Assembly: GCA_963664195.1 (NCBI GenBank)
Contig: OY760907.1
Location: 2,720,001 to 2,784,000, forward strand
Direction of reading: 5' to 3'
Origin: an uncultured candidate division Zixibacteria bacterium
GTDB lineage: Bacteria > Zixibacteria > MSB-5A5 > GN15 > FEB-12
Length of the DNA stretch: 64,000 bases
Below, piece after piece: positions 38,568-49,103 of the stretch. Position numbers and translations under genes: made by a program. Positions within the stretch are counted from its first letter, which is position 1, and each line of letters starts with the position of its first letter. The notes beneath the pieces are model-generated. The model was not told the DNA's origin, did no database searches, and worked only from the letters and a program-made list of their open reading frames with translations.

Positions 38568-41372
38568 ATGTCGGCCACAAAGGCAACATCGAAAAAGGGA
38601 GCGGGCACAAAATCCGCAGGGAAAACTGCGGCCAAAGCTGACTCCAAGGTCAAATACTATTATTTCTTTGGTGCGGGCAAGGCTGAAGGCAACGGCGAAA
38701 TGAAGGATACCCTTGGCGGTAAGGGTGCCGGATTGGCCGAAATGACCAACGCCGGTATTCCCGTGCCCCCGGGCTTCACTATCACCACCGATGCATGCAC
38801 GCTTTACTACGAAGCCGGAATGCAGATTCCAAAGGCGGTAGACAAGGAACTTGAGACGCACATGGCCAAGCTCGAAAAAGTGACCGGCAAGAAGTTTGGC
38901 GATCCCGGTGATCCCCTTCTCGTGTCTGTGCGTTCCGGTGCGAAGTTCTCCATGCCCGGCATGATGGACACCATTCTCAATCTCGGTCTCAACGAGGAGA
39001 CGGTAAAGGGTGTGGCGGAGAAAACCGGTAACGAACGTTTCGCGCTCGACAATTACCGGCGATTTATCTCCATGTTCGGCAACGTTGTGCTGGGCATTGA
39101 CAAGGACCTCTTTGAGGAAGTTATCACCAAAAAGAAAAAAGACCGTCGGGTGAAGCAGGATTCTTCGCTGCAGGCGAATGATCTGAAAGACATTGTAAAG
39201 AAATTCAAGGCGATCGTTAAGCGGAAATCCGGCGAGCCGTTCCCGGATGATCCGTACTTGCAGCTCCGCCTGGCTCGTGACGCCGTGTTCCGCAGTTGGA
39301 ACAACCCGCGTGCCATCAGCTATCGTCGCCTCAACGACATTCCCGCTGGTCTTGGCACCGCGGTGAACGTGCAGGCGATGGTATTCGGCAACATGGGGAA
39401 CACTTCCGGCACCGGTGTCGGGTTCACGCGTGACCCTGCTACGGGGGCAAACGAGTTCTACGGTGAGTTCCTTACCAACGCCCAGGGCGAAGACGTGGTG
39501 GCAGGTGTTCGCACGCCGCAGCCGATTGCTGAATTGGCCGACGAGATGCCGAAGATGCACAAGCAGCTCAAAGAGATCACCGACCGTCTCGAAAAGCACT
39601 ATCGTGACGTTCAGGACTTTGAGTTCACGATTCAGGAATCTGAGTTATTCATGCTCCAGACTCGTGCCGGCAAACGTACGGCGCAGGCCGCGATTAAGAT
39701 CGCAGTCGACATGGTCAAAGAGAAGTTGATCACCAAGGAAGAGGCGTTGATGAGAATCGACCCGGCCCAGCTTGATCAGCTCCTGCATCCGACCATTGAC
39801 CCCAAAGCCAAATACAGCGTTATCGCCAAGGGTTTGGCCGCCTCTCCGGGCGCGGTCTCCGGCAAGGTGTTTTTCACCGCTGAGGAAGTAGTCAAACAGA
39901 GTTCCAAGACCAAGTCCATCCTGGTCCGTGAAGAGACCAACCCTGATGACATTGAGGGGATGAACGCTGCCGTCGGTATTCTTACCGCTCGCGGTGGCAT
40001 GACCTCCCACGCTGCCGTGGTTGCCCGCGGTATGGGTAAGTGCTGTGTCTCGGGCGCCGAGGCCGTACGCGTGAATGCCGCCAAGAAGAAATTCCAGGTG
40101 GGTTCGCTGACGATCAAAGAAGGCGAAGAGATTACGCTCAACGGTTCGACCGGTGACATCATTATGGGCAAGGTTGCTACGATTGAGCCTGAGCTTTCCG
40201 GGGAATTCTCGGAGCTGATGGCATGGGCCGATGATATCCGCAAGTTGAATGTTCGAACGAACGCTGACATTCCGCGCGATGCCAAACAGGCTATCAAGTT
40301 TGGCGCCGAGGGCATCGGTCTGTGTCGTACCGAGCACATGTTCTTTGCCGAGGACCGCATTCCGATCGTGCAGGCCATGATACTTGCTGATACCACCGAG
40401 GAACGCCAGCAGGCACTCGACAAACTGCTGCCATTCCAGAAGAAGGACTTCAAGGGACTGTTTGAGGCCATGGTCGGGCTGCCGGTTACAATTCGCACGC
40501 TCGATCCGCCGCTGCATGAGTTCCTGCCGCGAGAGGAAGAGATCCAGGAGAGAATCAAATCGCTTGATCCGAAGAGCGATGATTACGAAGAAGACCTTGA
40601 GGCTCTTGAAAAAACCGTCAAGCGGATCAGTGAGTTGGCCGAGTTGAACCCGATGCTCGGACATCGCGGTTGCCGCCTGGGTATTATGTATCCGGAGATC
40701 ACCGAGATGCAGGTACGTGCTATCATCTCCGCCGCGTGTGAACTGCACAAGGCGAAGAAAAAGGTCTACCCGGAAATCATGATTCCGCTGGTCGGTCATG
40801 TCAACGAGTTCCGAAATCAGAAGGACACCGTCGATCGTATCGCGCGCGAAGTTATTTCGAAGTACAAAGTGAAGAACTTCAAGTACATGGTCGGCACCAT
40901 GATCGAGGTCCCGCGTGCCGCTCTTACGGCTGGTGAGATCGCCGAACATGCCGAGTTCTTCAGCTTTGGCACAAACGATCTGACACAGATGACCATGGGC
41001 TTCTCGCGCGATGACGCAGGCAAGTTTCTCGGTTACTATGTTGAGAAGGGCGTGTTGCCGCAGGATCCGTTCGTGACAATTGACCAGGCCGGCGTCGGAC
41101 AGTTGGTGAAGATGGCCAGGGATTCCGGTCGTGCCGCTCGCGAAGATCTCAAGCTGGGTATTTGCGGTGAGCACGGTGGTGATCCGACGACGATTCAGTT
41201 CTGCCACGATGTCGGACTGAACTATGTCTCCTGTTCGCCTTACCGTGTGCCGATCGCCCGTCTATCGGCCGCTCAGGCGTCTATTCGTACAGGCGACTAC
41301 AAGGCCAAGACGAAGACTACCAAGGCTAAGGCCAAGACCAAGGCCAGAACCAAGGCTAAGGCCAAGAAGTAG
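38568..41372 (+). CDS. ppdK: Pyruvate, phosphate dikinase
   Basis: LGGKGAGLAEM, LVSVRSGAKFSMPGMMDT, phospho-His GGMTSHAAVVARG, FSFGTNDLTQ, GICGEHGG. Confidence 0.98.
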   Translation: MSATKATSKKGAGTKSAGKTAAKADSKVKYYYFFGAGKAEGNGEMKDTLGGKGAGLAEMTNAGIPVPPGFTITTDACTLYYEAGMQIPKAVDKELETHMAKLEKVTGKKFGDPGDPLLVSVRSGAKFSMPGMMDTILNLGLNEETVKGVAEKTGNERFALDNYRRFISMFGNVVLGIDKDLFEEVITKKKKDRRVKQDSSLQANDLKDIVKKFKAIVKRKSGEPFPDDPYLQLRLARDAVFRSWNNPRAISYRRLNDIPAGLGTAVNVQAMVFGNMGNTSGTGVGFTRDPATGANEFYGEFLTNAQGEDVVAGVRTPQPIAELADEMPKMHKQLKEITDRLEKHYRDVQDFEFTIQESELFMLQTRAGKRTAQAAIKIAVDMVKEKLITKEEALMRIDPAQLDQLLHPTIDPKAKYSVIAKGLAASPGAVSGKVFFTAEEVVKQSSKTKSILVREETNPDDIEGMNAAVGILTARGGMTSHAAVVARGMGKCCVSGAEAVRVNAAKKKFQVGSLTIKEGEEITLNGSTGDIIMGKVATIEPELSGEFSELMAWADDIRKLNVRTNADIPRDAKQAIKFGAEGIGLCRTEHMFFAEDRIPIVQAMILADTTEERQQALDKLLPFQKKDFKGLFEAMVGLPVTIRTLDPPLHEFLPREEEIQERIKSLDPKSDDYEEDLEALEKTVKRISELAELNPMLGHRGCRLGIMYPEITEMQVRAIISAACELHKAKKKVYPEIMIPLVGHVNEFRNQKDTVDRIAREVISKYKVKNFKYMVGTMIEVPRAALTAGEIAEHAEFFSFGTNDLTQMTMGFSRDDAGKFLGYYVEKGVLPQDPFVTIDQAGVGQLVKMARDSGRAAREDLKLGICGEHGGDPTTIQFCHDVGLNYVSCSPYRVPIARLSAAQASIRTGDYKAKTKTTKAKAKTKARTKAKAKK

Positions 41373-41397
41373 TCAGCCCACTTGATTGACGAAAAAC

Positions 41398-41430
41398 GGA
41401 GGTCGTCGTCGGAAGACGACGGCCTTCTCT
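41398..41430 (+). terminator. Hairpin terminator after ppdK
   Basis: GGAGGTCGTCGTC-GGAA-GACGACGGCCTTC followed by a pyrimidine tail. Confidence 0.7.
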
Positions 41431-41559
41431 CTATCTAGCCGAACATGATCCGCAAAACTGCCTGTTGACAATCCTGTTCGGTCGTGTTCATTGCGAGTGA
41501 GTACTTGTAAGGGAACCGAGCCTGCAAACAACAAGGAAGACCTGGCGACAGGGTATCGT

Positions 41560-43671
41560 ATGAAACAAGAATTGGATGCTTTTTTTAAGCCGCGATCGGT
41601 CGCTGTTATCGGTGCTACGCCCAAGAAGGGGACTATCGGTCGCGAGACGCTGCACAACATCTTTGCCGCCGAATTCCGGGGCAAAGTGTTTCCGGTCAAC
41701 CCTAACTACCAGGTAATTCACTCCGTCAAGTGCTACTCTACCGTACTCGATGTACCAGATGCGGTCGACCTCGCCGTTATTATCGTACCCAAACTGTTTG
41801 TCGCCGATACCGTTCGTCAGTGTGGTGAAAAGGGCGTCAAGGGAGTTGTAGTGATTTCCGCCGGTTTTTCCGAAGTGGGGCCGAAGGGGACGGAGCGCGA
41901 ACTTGAAGTGCTAGATGTCGTGCGCGAGTACGGCATGCGCATGATCGGCCCGAACTGCTTTGGTGTCGTCAACGCGGACCCGGATGTCTGCTTGAACTCG
42001 ACCTTCGGCAAGACCTTTCCCAAGCACGGCAATATCGGTTTCATCACGCAGTCCGGTGCGATGGGTGAGGCAATCATGAACCAGGCGGTCGAAATGGGAC
42101 TGGGTTTCTCCAAGATCGCCTCGATCGGCAACAAGGCGGACATTTCCTCCAATGACATTCTGACCTATTTCCGGGACGACCCGCAGACGGATATTATACT
42201 GTTGTATCTCGAAAACTTCGGCAATCCGCGCAACTTCACTGAAATAGCGCACGAGGTGTCCAGGCACAAGCCGATTATCGCGGTGAAATCCGGTCGCACC
42301 AAACTTGGTGCCAAGGCTGCTTCCTCGCACACAGGCGCACTTGCCGGTCTCGATGTCGCCGTCGATGCACTGTTCGAGCAGACGGGAGTGATGCGCGTTG
42401 ATACAACCGAAGAGTTGTTTGATGTCGCGGCGTTGCTGGCCCGCCAGCCCATCCCGAAGGGTGATCGTGTGGTGGTGGTCACCAATGCCGGAGGACCGGG
42501 AATTTTGGCAACTGACGCTTTGATCAACAACGGTCTGTCGATGCCTGATTTGACGCCGTCCACCGTGAACGAGTTGAAGAATTTTATCTCGGCCGATGCC
42601 TCCTATGCCAATCCGATGGACATGGTGGCAGGAGCTGGGGCCAAAGAGTACCACAACACGCTAAACGTCATCAAGAAAGATAAGCGGTACGATACGATCT
42701 TAACGCTATTCCTCGCGCCGGTGACGGTTGACGAGCTGGAAGTGGCGCAGAATATTTACAGCGCTCTCGAAGATACAGATAAGACCGTGCTGGCCTGTCT
42801 CATGGGGGCGGGGGAGAGGAAGGCCGGCATTCAGTACCTGATTGACAAGGGTGTGCCGGTGTTCGTTTTCCCGGAATCGGTCGCCCGGACTCTCGCCACA
42901 GTCGACCGATATCGCAGATGGTTGAAACGGCCCAAGGGTCGTTTCAAGACGTTTGATGTGGATGCGGAGCGAGTACAGTCGATTATCGACCGGCATCGCG
43001 CTGAGAAGAAAGATGCCATTGTCGGCGAAGAGGCGATTGACATTCTCGACGCCTATGGTATCCAGTCGGCCGGTTACGAGTATGCCTACACGGCCCGCGA
43101 GGCGGTTGCGGTAGCGAACAAGATCGGTTATCCGGTTGTGATGAAAATCAACTCGCCGCCTGTTCTGCACAAAACCGAGGCTGGCGGGGTTATTATTGAT
43201 CTTCGGTCCGACAAGGAAGTCCGTGCGGCCTTCAGCGAACTTCGTGAGCGAGTGGGGAAAATCAAGAAGACGCAGACGTACTCGGTTATCATTCAGGAAA
43301 TGGTATCCGGTTCTGTCGAGACGGTAATCGGAACCATCACCGATCCCTCGTTTGGTCCGCTCGTGATGTTCGGCCTCGGCGGAATCTACGTCGAAGTAAT
43401 GAAAGATGTCGCTTTCCGGGTCAACCCGATCACTGATCAGACCGCCGGCGAGATGATCAAATCGCTCAGATCGTACCCACTGCTGACCGGCTTCCGTGGG
43501 GCTGATCCGGTTGATTTGAAGCTGATAGAGGAGACATTGCTGCGTGTCTCGCAATTGGTTGGAGATTTCGACTGCCTTTCGGAGATAGATATCAACCCGT
43601 TCATCGTTTCGGGCAACAGGGATCAGTGTAAGGCTGTGGATGCCCGTCTGATCTTGAAACCGGTCGATTGA
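41560..43671 (+). CDS. ADP-forming acyl/acetate-CoA ligase, alpha-beta fusion
   Basis: PRSVAVIGA, IGPNCFG, QSGA, phospho-His ASSHTGALAG, NAGGPG, ATP-grasp HKTEAGGV, FGPLVMFGLGG; no GNAT domain. Confidence 0.93.
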   Translation: MKQELDAFFKPRSVAVIGATPKKGTIGRETLHNIFAAEFRGKVFPVNPNYQVIHSVKCYSTVLDVPDAVDLAVIIVPKLFVADTVRQCGEKGVKGVVVISAGFSEVGPKGTERELEVLDVVREYGMRMIGPNCFGVVNADPDVCLNSTFGKTFPKHGNIGFITQSGAMGEAIMNQAVEMGLGFSKIASIGNKADISSNDILTYFRDDPQTDIILLYLENFGNPRNFTEIAHEVSRHKPIIAVKSGRTKLGAKAASSHTGALAGLDVAVDALFEQTGVMRVDTTEELFDVAALLARQPIPKGDRVVVVTNAGGPGILATDALINNGLSMPDLTPSTVNELKNFISADASYANPMDMVAGAGAKEYHNTLNVIKKDKRYDTILTLFLAPVTVDELEVAQNIYSALEDTDKTVLACLMGAGERKAGIQYLIDKGVPVFVFPESVARTLATVDRYRRWLKRPKGRFKTFDVDAERVQSIIDRHRAEKKDAIVGEEAIDILDAYGIQSAGYEYAYTAREAVAVANKIGYPVVMKINSPPVLHKTEAGGVIIDLRSDKEVRAAFSELRERVGKIKKTQTYSVIIQEMVSGSVETVIGTITDPSFGPLVMFGLGGIYVEVMKDVAFRVNPITDQTAGEMIKSLRSYPLLTGFRGADPVDLKLIEETLLRVSQLVGDFDCLSEIDINPFIVSGNRDQCKAVDARLILKPVD

Positions 43672-43691
43672 GTTGTTGACAGGAGTCTACG

Positions 43692-44219
43692 ATGCTGTAC
43701 GAGTTTAAGTCGATACGAATCTGGTCGTTCATCAAGATTGCATTCTTTGTGAACCTCGTGTTCGGGTTTCTGCTGGGGATGTTCTACGCCTTTCTCATCC
43801 CGGTCATGCTCATGGCGCCCGGCCCGTCCCCCTTTCAGGGCTTGGGCCTTGAGTCCGAAGGCGGTTCGTTTGCGTTCATGCTGATTCTTTTCCCGATTAT
43901 GTTCGCTGCTGGTTGCTCTGTATTCCAGACGATCTTCTTCACGATTATTGCGGCATCGTACAATCTGTTTGCCCGTATGGTCGGAGGAGTGGAGTTCAAT
44001 ATACAGCCGACGGAGCAAGCACAACCTTTGGTGCCGTCGCAGGCTTCTGTTGTCCCGGTCGCACCGACACGGCCGATAGCACCTCCACCGCCGCCACCAC
44101 CGATGCCTCAGCCGGCACCTCAACCGATGACACCGCAACCTCCGGTTGAACCGCAGACTCCGCCGCCAAGCCCGAAAGGCGACTACGAGTTACCAGAAGA
44201 TGACAAACCGCTAAGTTAG
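43692..44219 (+). CDS. DUF3566-like two-TM membrane protein with Pro-rich tail
   Basis: KSIRIWSFIKI...YNLFARMVGGVEF; Pro-rich C-terminus. Confidence 0.72.
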   Translation: MLYEFKSIRIWSFIKIAFFVNLVFGFLLGMFYAFLIPVMLMAPGPSPFQGLGLESEGGSFAFMLILFPIMFAAGCSVFQTIFFTIIAASYNLFARMVGGVEFNIQPTEQAQPLVPSQASVVPVAPTRPIAPPPPPPPMPQPAPQPMTPQPPVEPQTPPPSPKGDYELPEDDKPLS

Positions 44220-44232
44220 AAAGCATATTCCA

Positions 44233-45678
44233 ATGACTGCCACTCCGCCCAAAGTCCGCATAGCCCCGTCACCATCGGGATACCTCCATGTCGGCACCGC
44301 TCGTGCCGCGCTTTTCAATTATCTGTTTGCGCGTCACAACGGCGGCAAGTTTGTCGTGCGAATCGAGGACACCGATGTCGAACGGTCCAAAACGGAATAC
44401 ATCGAGCCGATCATCGATGCTCTCAGGTGGCTCGGACTGGAGTGGGACGAGGAGATCGTCTACCAGTCCAAACGCAGCGACATTTACGCTGAATACCTCA
44501 AGAAGTTCATGGAGAGCGGTCAGGGATACTACTGTTTCTGCAGCAAGGAGACACTCGACTCCAAACGCCAGAAGGCTCGTGAGGAAAAACGTAACCCCCG
44601 TTACGACCGCACCTGCCTCACTCTTACGAAAGAAGAAATCCGGGCCAAACTGGACGCAGGGGAGAAGCCGGTCATTCGCGTGAAAATGCCAGACGGCGAC
44701 ATCCAATACGATGACATGGTCTCGGGGAAGTTGACGCGAAGCAGCGAGGAGCTGGAGGACTTTGTCGTAGCTCGCTCTGACGGTTCGGTTACGTACAATT
44801 TTGCGGTGGTTGTCGATGATCACACGATGGGCATTACGCACGTCATCCGTGGCAACGATCATATCACCAACACGTTCAAGCAACTGGTGGTATACAAGGC
44901 ACTGGGAGTTGAGGTACCGGTTTTCGGTCATGTACCGATGATTCTTCGTCCCGACAAGAAGAAGGTCTCGAAGAGACTTGGCGATAAGGGTGTGGGGGAA
45001 TTCCGCGACGAGGGTATTCTGCCGGAGGCGATGATCAATTACCTCTCTCTACTCGGATGGTCCCCCAAGACGGATCGCGAGATATACACGAAGAAGGAAC
45101 TGATCGAGATATTCAACCCCGATAATCTGAATGCAGCGAACGCCGTGTTTGACCCTGAGAAACTGGAAGCCTTCAACAGGGAGCACATTCTGTTGATGTC
45201 GGATCATGATCTGGCGACTCAGCTTGCGCCGCTTCTGATTGAGGCCGGATACACTTCGAAGTACTGGTTGGAGACGCGCTGGGAGTATCTCAGAGCTGTC
45301 GTGACGTTATTCAAAGAGCGTGTGCGCCGGATTTCCGACTTTGTCGAACAGAGCAAGTATTTCTTTGACTTCGATTACACCTATGATGAGGCGGCGGACA
45401 AAAAGCGGTTCAAACCCGAATCTGCGGACGTACTGGATGAGATGGCCAACCGGTTCGAGGCACTGAATCCGTTCACGCACGACGCAATTGAGGCAGCACT
45501 CACTGCGCTCTCAGAGGAGCGAGAGATCGGCAAGGGGAAGATCATTCATCCGACGCGTTTGGCGGTCTCCGGAGTCCCGGCCGGTCCGGGCCTGTACGAC
45601 ATGTTGGCGGTGCTGGGCCAGCCAGCCGTGGTAGAGCGGATGCGGAAAGCCGCGGAGTATGTGCGGGGGAAAGCGTAG
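44233..45678 (+). CDS. gltX: Glutamate--tRNA ligase
   Basis: RIAPSPSGYLHVG, RIEDTD, ITHVIRGNDH, KVSKR, anticodon-binding domain. Confidence 0.96.
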   Translation: MTATPPKVRIAPSPSGYLHVGTARAALFNYLFARHNGGKFVVRIEDTDVERSKTEYIEPIIDALRWLGLEWDEEIVYQSKRSDIYAEYLKKFMESGQGYYCFCSKETLDSKRQKAREEKRNPRYDRTCLTLTKEEIRAKLDAGEKPVIRVKMPDGDIQYDDMVSGKLTRSSEELEDFVVARSDGSVTYNFAVVVDDHTMGITHVIRGNDHITNTFKQLVVYKALGVEVPVFGHVPMILRPDKKKVSKRLGDKGVGEFRDEGILPEAMINYLSLLGWSPKTDREIYTKKELIEIFNPDNLNAANAVFDPEKLEAFNREHILLMSDHDLATQLAPLLIEAGYTSKYWLETRWEYLRAVVTLFKERVRRISDFVEQSKYFFDFDYTYDEAADKKRFKPESADVLDEMANRFEALNPFTHDAIEAALTALSEEREIGKGKIIHPTRLAVSGVPAGPGLYDMLAVLGQPAVVERMRKAAEYVRGKA

Positions 45679-45772
45679 GTCGACACCTTGCGGTTTCGAC
45701 ATACATGGTTCCCGGGACAATCCCTGGAATCATGCCGATCACAGGAACGTATTGCAGCGCGCCAATAGAACA

Positions 45773-45805
45773 AGAAACCGGCGGGCATCATGCCCGTCGG
45801 TTTCT
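45773..45805. terminator. Hairpin between the convergent gltX and ferritin genes
   Basis: AGAAACCGGCGGGCAT-C-ATGCCCGTCGGTTTCT. Confidence 0.72.
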
Positions 45806-45827
45806 CTATCTTCTGAGGACAGCGAAT

Positions 45828-46337
45828 CTACACGGCAGCCGGTGGCGTGAACGTGCGCGATCCCAGCTCGCGGTCGATCTGGAACAATCCCGCCTTTGAC
45901 TCGCCAAGCATCTTCAAATGCTGAACGATAGCCTTCACGCTGGCTTCTTCTTCGACCTGTTCGTTGACAAACCATTGCAGGAAAATCTGTGCCGCATGAT
46001 CTTTCTCGGCAAGAGCCGTATCCATGAGGCCGTTAATCAGGCTGGTGACTTTCTGTTCGTGGGCATACGCTTCTTCAAACACTTCAATCACGTTTTTCCA
46101 CTCAAGCGGGGGGGCATCGAATCCGTTCAAAATCCCGCGGCCGTCGCGCTCGACGACGTAGTCAAGCAGCTTTTCGGCGTGAGAGGTTTCTTCCTGGTAC
46201 TGAATTCTCATCCAGTTGGCAAAACCCGGCAGGTCGATCGATTCCAGATACGTTGACATGGCCAGGTACAGATGAGCCGAATAAAACTCAGCGGCTACCT
46301 GTTCGTTCAGGGCATCCTGCATCTTTTTACTTATCAT
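45828..46337 (-). CDS. ftnA: Non-heme ferritin
   Basis: LNEQVAAEFYSAHLY, EETSHA, HEQKVT, FLQWFVNEQVEEE; start MISKK at 46337. Confidence 0.95.
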   Translation of the reverse strand: MISKKMQDALNEQVAAEFYSAHLYLAMSTYLESIDLPGFANWMRIQYQEETSHAEKLLDYVVERDGRGILNGFDAPPLEWKNVIEVFEEAYAHEQKVTSLINGLMDTALAEKDHAAQIFLQWFVNEQVEEEASVKAIVQHLKMLGESKAGLFQIDRELGSRTFTPPAAV

Positions 46338-46406
46338 TTCTATTCCCTTTCCAAACCATCCATTTCTTTCAATCACTTGAACAGACACCAGTTAGTGATT
46401 GTTCGC

Positions 46407-48149
46407 TTACTTCTGCTGTTTCTGCATTTTCGCCCAACTATCGCGCAGCCCCACTGTTCGATTGAATACCAGCTTGCCGCTCACCGCCTCGACCGAGTCA
46501 ACGCAGAAATATCCGTGCCTGAGGAACTGGAAAAACATCCCCGGTGTCGCTTTGGCCAGACTTGGTTCCACCTTGCATCCCGTTACGCAAACCAGTGATT
46601 CCGGGTTGATATGATTTATGAAGTCATCGTCCTCGACCGGATTTTCGCGTGTAAACAACTTGTCATACAAATGCACCTCAGCATCGGAAGCATGCGTCGC
46701 CGAGACCCAGTGGAGGGTCCCTTTGACACGACGGCCATCGGGCGTCCCGCCACCACGAGACTCCGGATCGTAGGTGCAGTGCAACTCCTTGATCTCGCCG
46801 GTCGCTTCGTCTTTGACAACGCTGTCGCACGTGATGTAATAGGCATGTTTCAGGCGCACTTCACTCCCAGGCGCCAGACGGAAGAACTTCTTCGGAGGGT
46901 CTTCCATGAAATCGGCCCGTTCGATAAACACTTCGCGGGAGAAGGGAACCATCCGGACGCCATCGGCTTCGTTCTCCGGATTGTTGACCGCCTCGAATTC
47001 CTCTACCTGACCTTCGGGGTAGTTGTCGATGATGACTCTCACCGGATCGATCACGGCCATGACGCGCTGGGCGCGGACGTTGAGATCCTCGCGCAGGCAG
47101 TGTTCCAGCAGGGCGAAGTCAACCAGGCTCTCACGTTTTGCTACGCCGATTTTGTCGCAGAAGATACGGATTGACTCCGGTGTGTAGCCTCGACGGCGAA
47201 GCCCCGACAGTGTGGGCATGCGGGGGTCGTCCCAGCCGGTCACTATGTTGTTTTCGACAAGCTGTCTCAGTTTGCGCTTGCTGGTGATGGTGTAGCTGAC
47301 GTTCAACCGGGCGAATTCGATCTGCTGCGGATGGTAGGTTTTTAGCTCATTCAGGAACCAGTCGTACAGCGGCCGGTGGTCCTCGAAATCCAGATCGCAC
47401 AGCGAGTGCGTGATGCCCTCGATAGAGTCCGACAGACAGTGAGTGAAATCGTACATGGGGTAGATGCACCACGTGTCTCCGGTCCGGTGATGCGACATCC
47501 GCTTAATCCGGTAAATGGCGGGGTCGCGCATGTTCAGGTTGCCGGAGGCCATGTCGATTTTGGCGCGTAGCGTACGGGCGCCGTCGTCGAACTCACCGTT
47601 ACGCATACGCGTGAACAGATCGAGATTCTCCTCGACCGTACGATCTCGCCACGGGCTGTCTTTACCCGGTTCGGTAAGGGTACCCCGATATTCGCGAACT
47701 TCCTCGGGGCTGAGATCGCAGACGTATGCTTTGCCGTCCTTGACGAGTTGTACGGCGTAGTCGTACAGTTTGTCGAAATAGTCGGAGGCATGGTGCAGGC
47801 GATCACCCCAATCGAATCCGAGCCAGCGGACGTCCTCCATAATAGCCTCGGCGAAACGGGTTTCCTCTTTGGCCGGATTGGTGTCGTCGAAACGAAGGTG
47901 CGTGACGCCGTCGTTTTCGGCTGCAATGCCGAAATCGAGACAAATCGCTTTGGCGTGCCCTATATGCAGGTAACCGTTCGGCTCTGGTGGAAACCGCGTA
48001 ACAACGCGGCCGTCGAACTTGCCGGTTTCAAGGTCTTTTTTGACGATCTCACGGATGAAATCAAGTGATTCGCGTTCATTGTTTGCGGATCCGTCCGAGT
48101 TGTTGGTGACGTCTTTCGGACGATCCGGCTTTTCATTCGGTGCGGTCAT
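46407..48149 (-). CDS. glnS: Glutamine--tRNA ligase
   Basis: [52 protein letters not shown]. Confidence 0.96.
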   Translation of the reverse strand: MTAPNEKPDRPKDVTNNSDGSANNERESLDFIREIVKKDLETGKFDGRVVTRFPPEPNGYLHIGHAKAICLDFGIAAENDGVTHLRFDDTNPAKEETRFAEAIMEDVRWLGFDWGDRLHHASDYFDKLYDYAVQLVKDGKAYVCDLSPEEVREYRGTLTEPGKDSPWRDRTVEENLDLFTRMRNGEFDDGARTLRAKIDMASGNLNMRDPAIYRIKRMSHHRTGDTWCIYPMYDFTHCLSDSIEGITHSLCDLDFEDHRPLYDWFLNELKTYHPQQIEFARLNVSYTITSKRKLRQLVENNIVTGWDDPRMPTLSGLRRRGYTPESIRIFCDKIGVAKRESLVDFALLEHCLREDLNVRAQRVMAVIDPVRVIIDNYPEGQVEEFEAVNNPENEADGVRMVPFSREVFIERADFMEDPPKKFFRLAPGSEVRLKHAYYITCDSVVKDEATGEIKELHCTYDPESRGGGTPDGRRVKGTLHWVSATHASDAEVHLYDKLFTRENPVEDDDFINHINPESLVCVTGCKVEPSLAKATPGMFFQFLRHGYFCVDSVEAVSGKLVFNRTVGLRDSWAKMQKQQK

Positions 48150-48516
48150 GGTATTCCTGCCTCGGTCTTTGGTCTGCTCGGGCCTTTTTGCCCGGGTTGT
48201 GAAGGTGACAATCTAGTACAAATCGGATATCTATGCCATATTTATGTGCGAAATCAAGCTTCGGTTCCCGGCAGTCCATTATTCCCGGCCCCCTTGACTC
48301 AAATCGGTACGTCTTCAACTGGACCGGAGATGCAGATAATACTTGCTAATTGCTCATTTTCGTGTTGTTTTCAGCCAATATCCGGTTGTTTTTCGAAGCA
48401 AAGATGACCGGCGCGGTGCTGTCCGTTTTGGGCAGATGCGGGTCAAGTCAGGCAAAAAACGTCAGGTGATACATATGTGTGGCTCCCCGGTTGAGTCACA
48501 ATTGAAAGGGCAACTC

Positions 48517-49017
48517 ATGGCAAACACAAAAGAACAGATCGGCGCTGCACTTAAACGCGGAATCAAAGGCGAAGAAGACGGCTATCGCTTTTACGATATC
48601 GCGGCCAAGAAAGCGACTAACCCCGATGCCAAGCGCAAACTCGAAGGCCTTCGCGACGACGAGGTAGGGCACAAGAAAGTGCTCATTGAGCTGTATGAAA
48701 AGCACGTTGGTGGCGAAGTCGGCACTCTTCCGGACAAGGGTCTGTCGGCCCTCACTGAGGTGTTTTCCAAGGGGCAGGTGGACCAGATGAAGAATGAGAT
48801 GGAGTTCATCAATCTCGCTATCGAGGCCGAACTGGCTGCTACCAAGTTTTATCAGGACGAACGCGATCTGGTGGATGACGCTGAGTTCAAAAAGATTCTG
48901 GACGGTTTGGCGGACGAGGAACACGGCCACTACGAACTTCTGCAGGCTGAGAAAGATGCCCTCGCCGGCAACTATAGCTGGTTCGGATATGACACCGGGG
49001 CCCCCCTGGAAGACTGA
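48517..49017 (+). CDS. Rubrerythrin/ferritin-like diiron protein
   Basis: Paired E...Y...ExxH motifs (EEDGYRFY...DEVGH; ELAATKFY...EEHGH); probable start MANTKE. Confidence 0.88.
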   Translation: MANTKEQIGAALKRGIKGEEDGYRFYDIAAKKATNPDAKRKLEGLRDDEVGHKKVLIELYEKHVGGEVGTLPDKGLSALTEVFSKGQVDQMKNEMEFINLAIEAELAATKFYQDERDLVDDAEFKKILDGLADEEHGHYELLQAEKDALAGNYSWFGYDTGAPLED

Positions 49018-49103
49018 TCCCCGGCCTGTACACCAGACTTACTGAGAACACCTGATGCGATGACACCGGGGTATTGATATCTGCCCGGTGGGAGGCGATG
49101 CGA

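Noticed and set aside
38548..38576. dif-like pattern CATAA-GGAGATG-TTATGTC
   Set aside because: 7-nt spacer and a poor XerD arm; fully explained by the ppdK RBS and start codon.
39645..41207. 520-aa antisense ORF
   Set aside because: Shadow of ppdK caused by codon bias; no recognisable motifs.
48334..48360. Possible Fur/PerR box upstream of the rubrerythrin-like gene
   Set aside because: Only a GATAAT half-site; no convincing inverted repeat.
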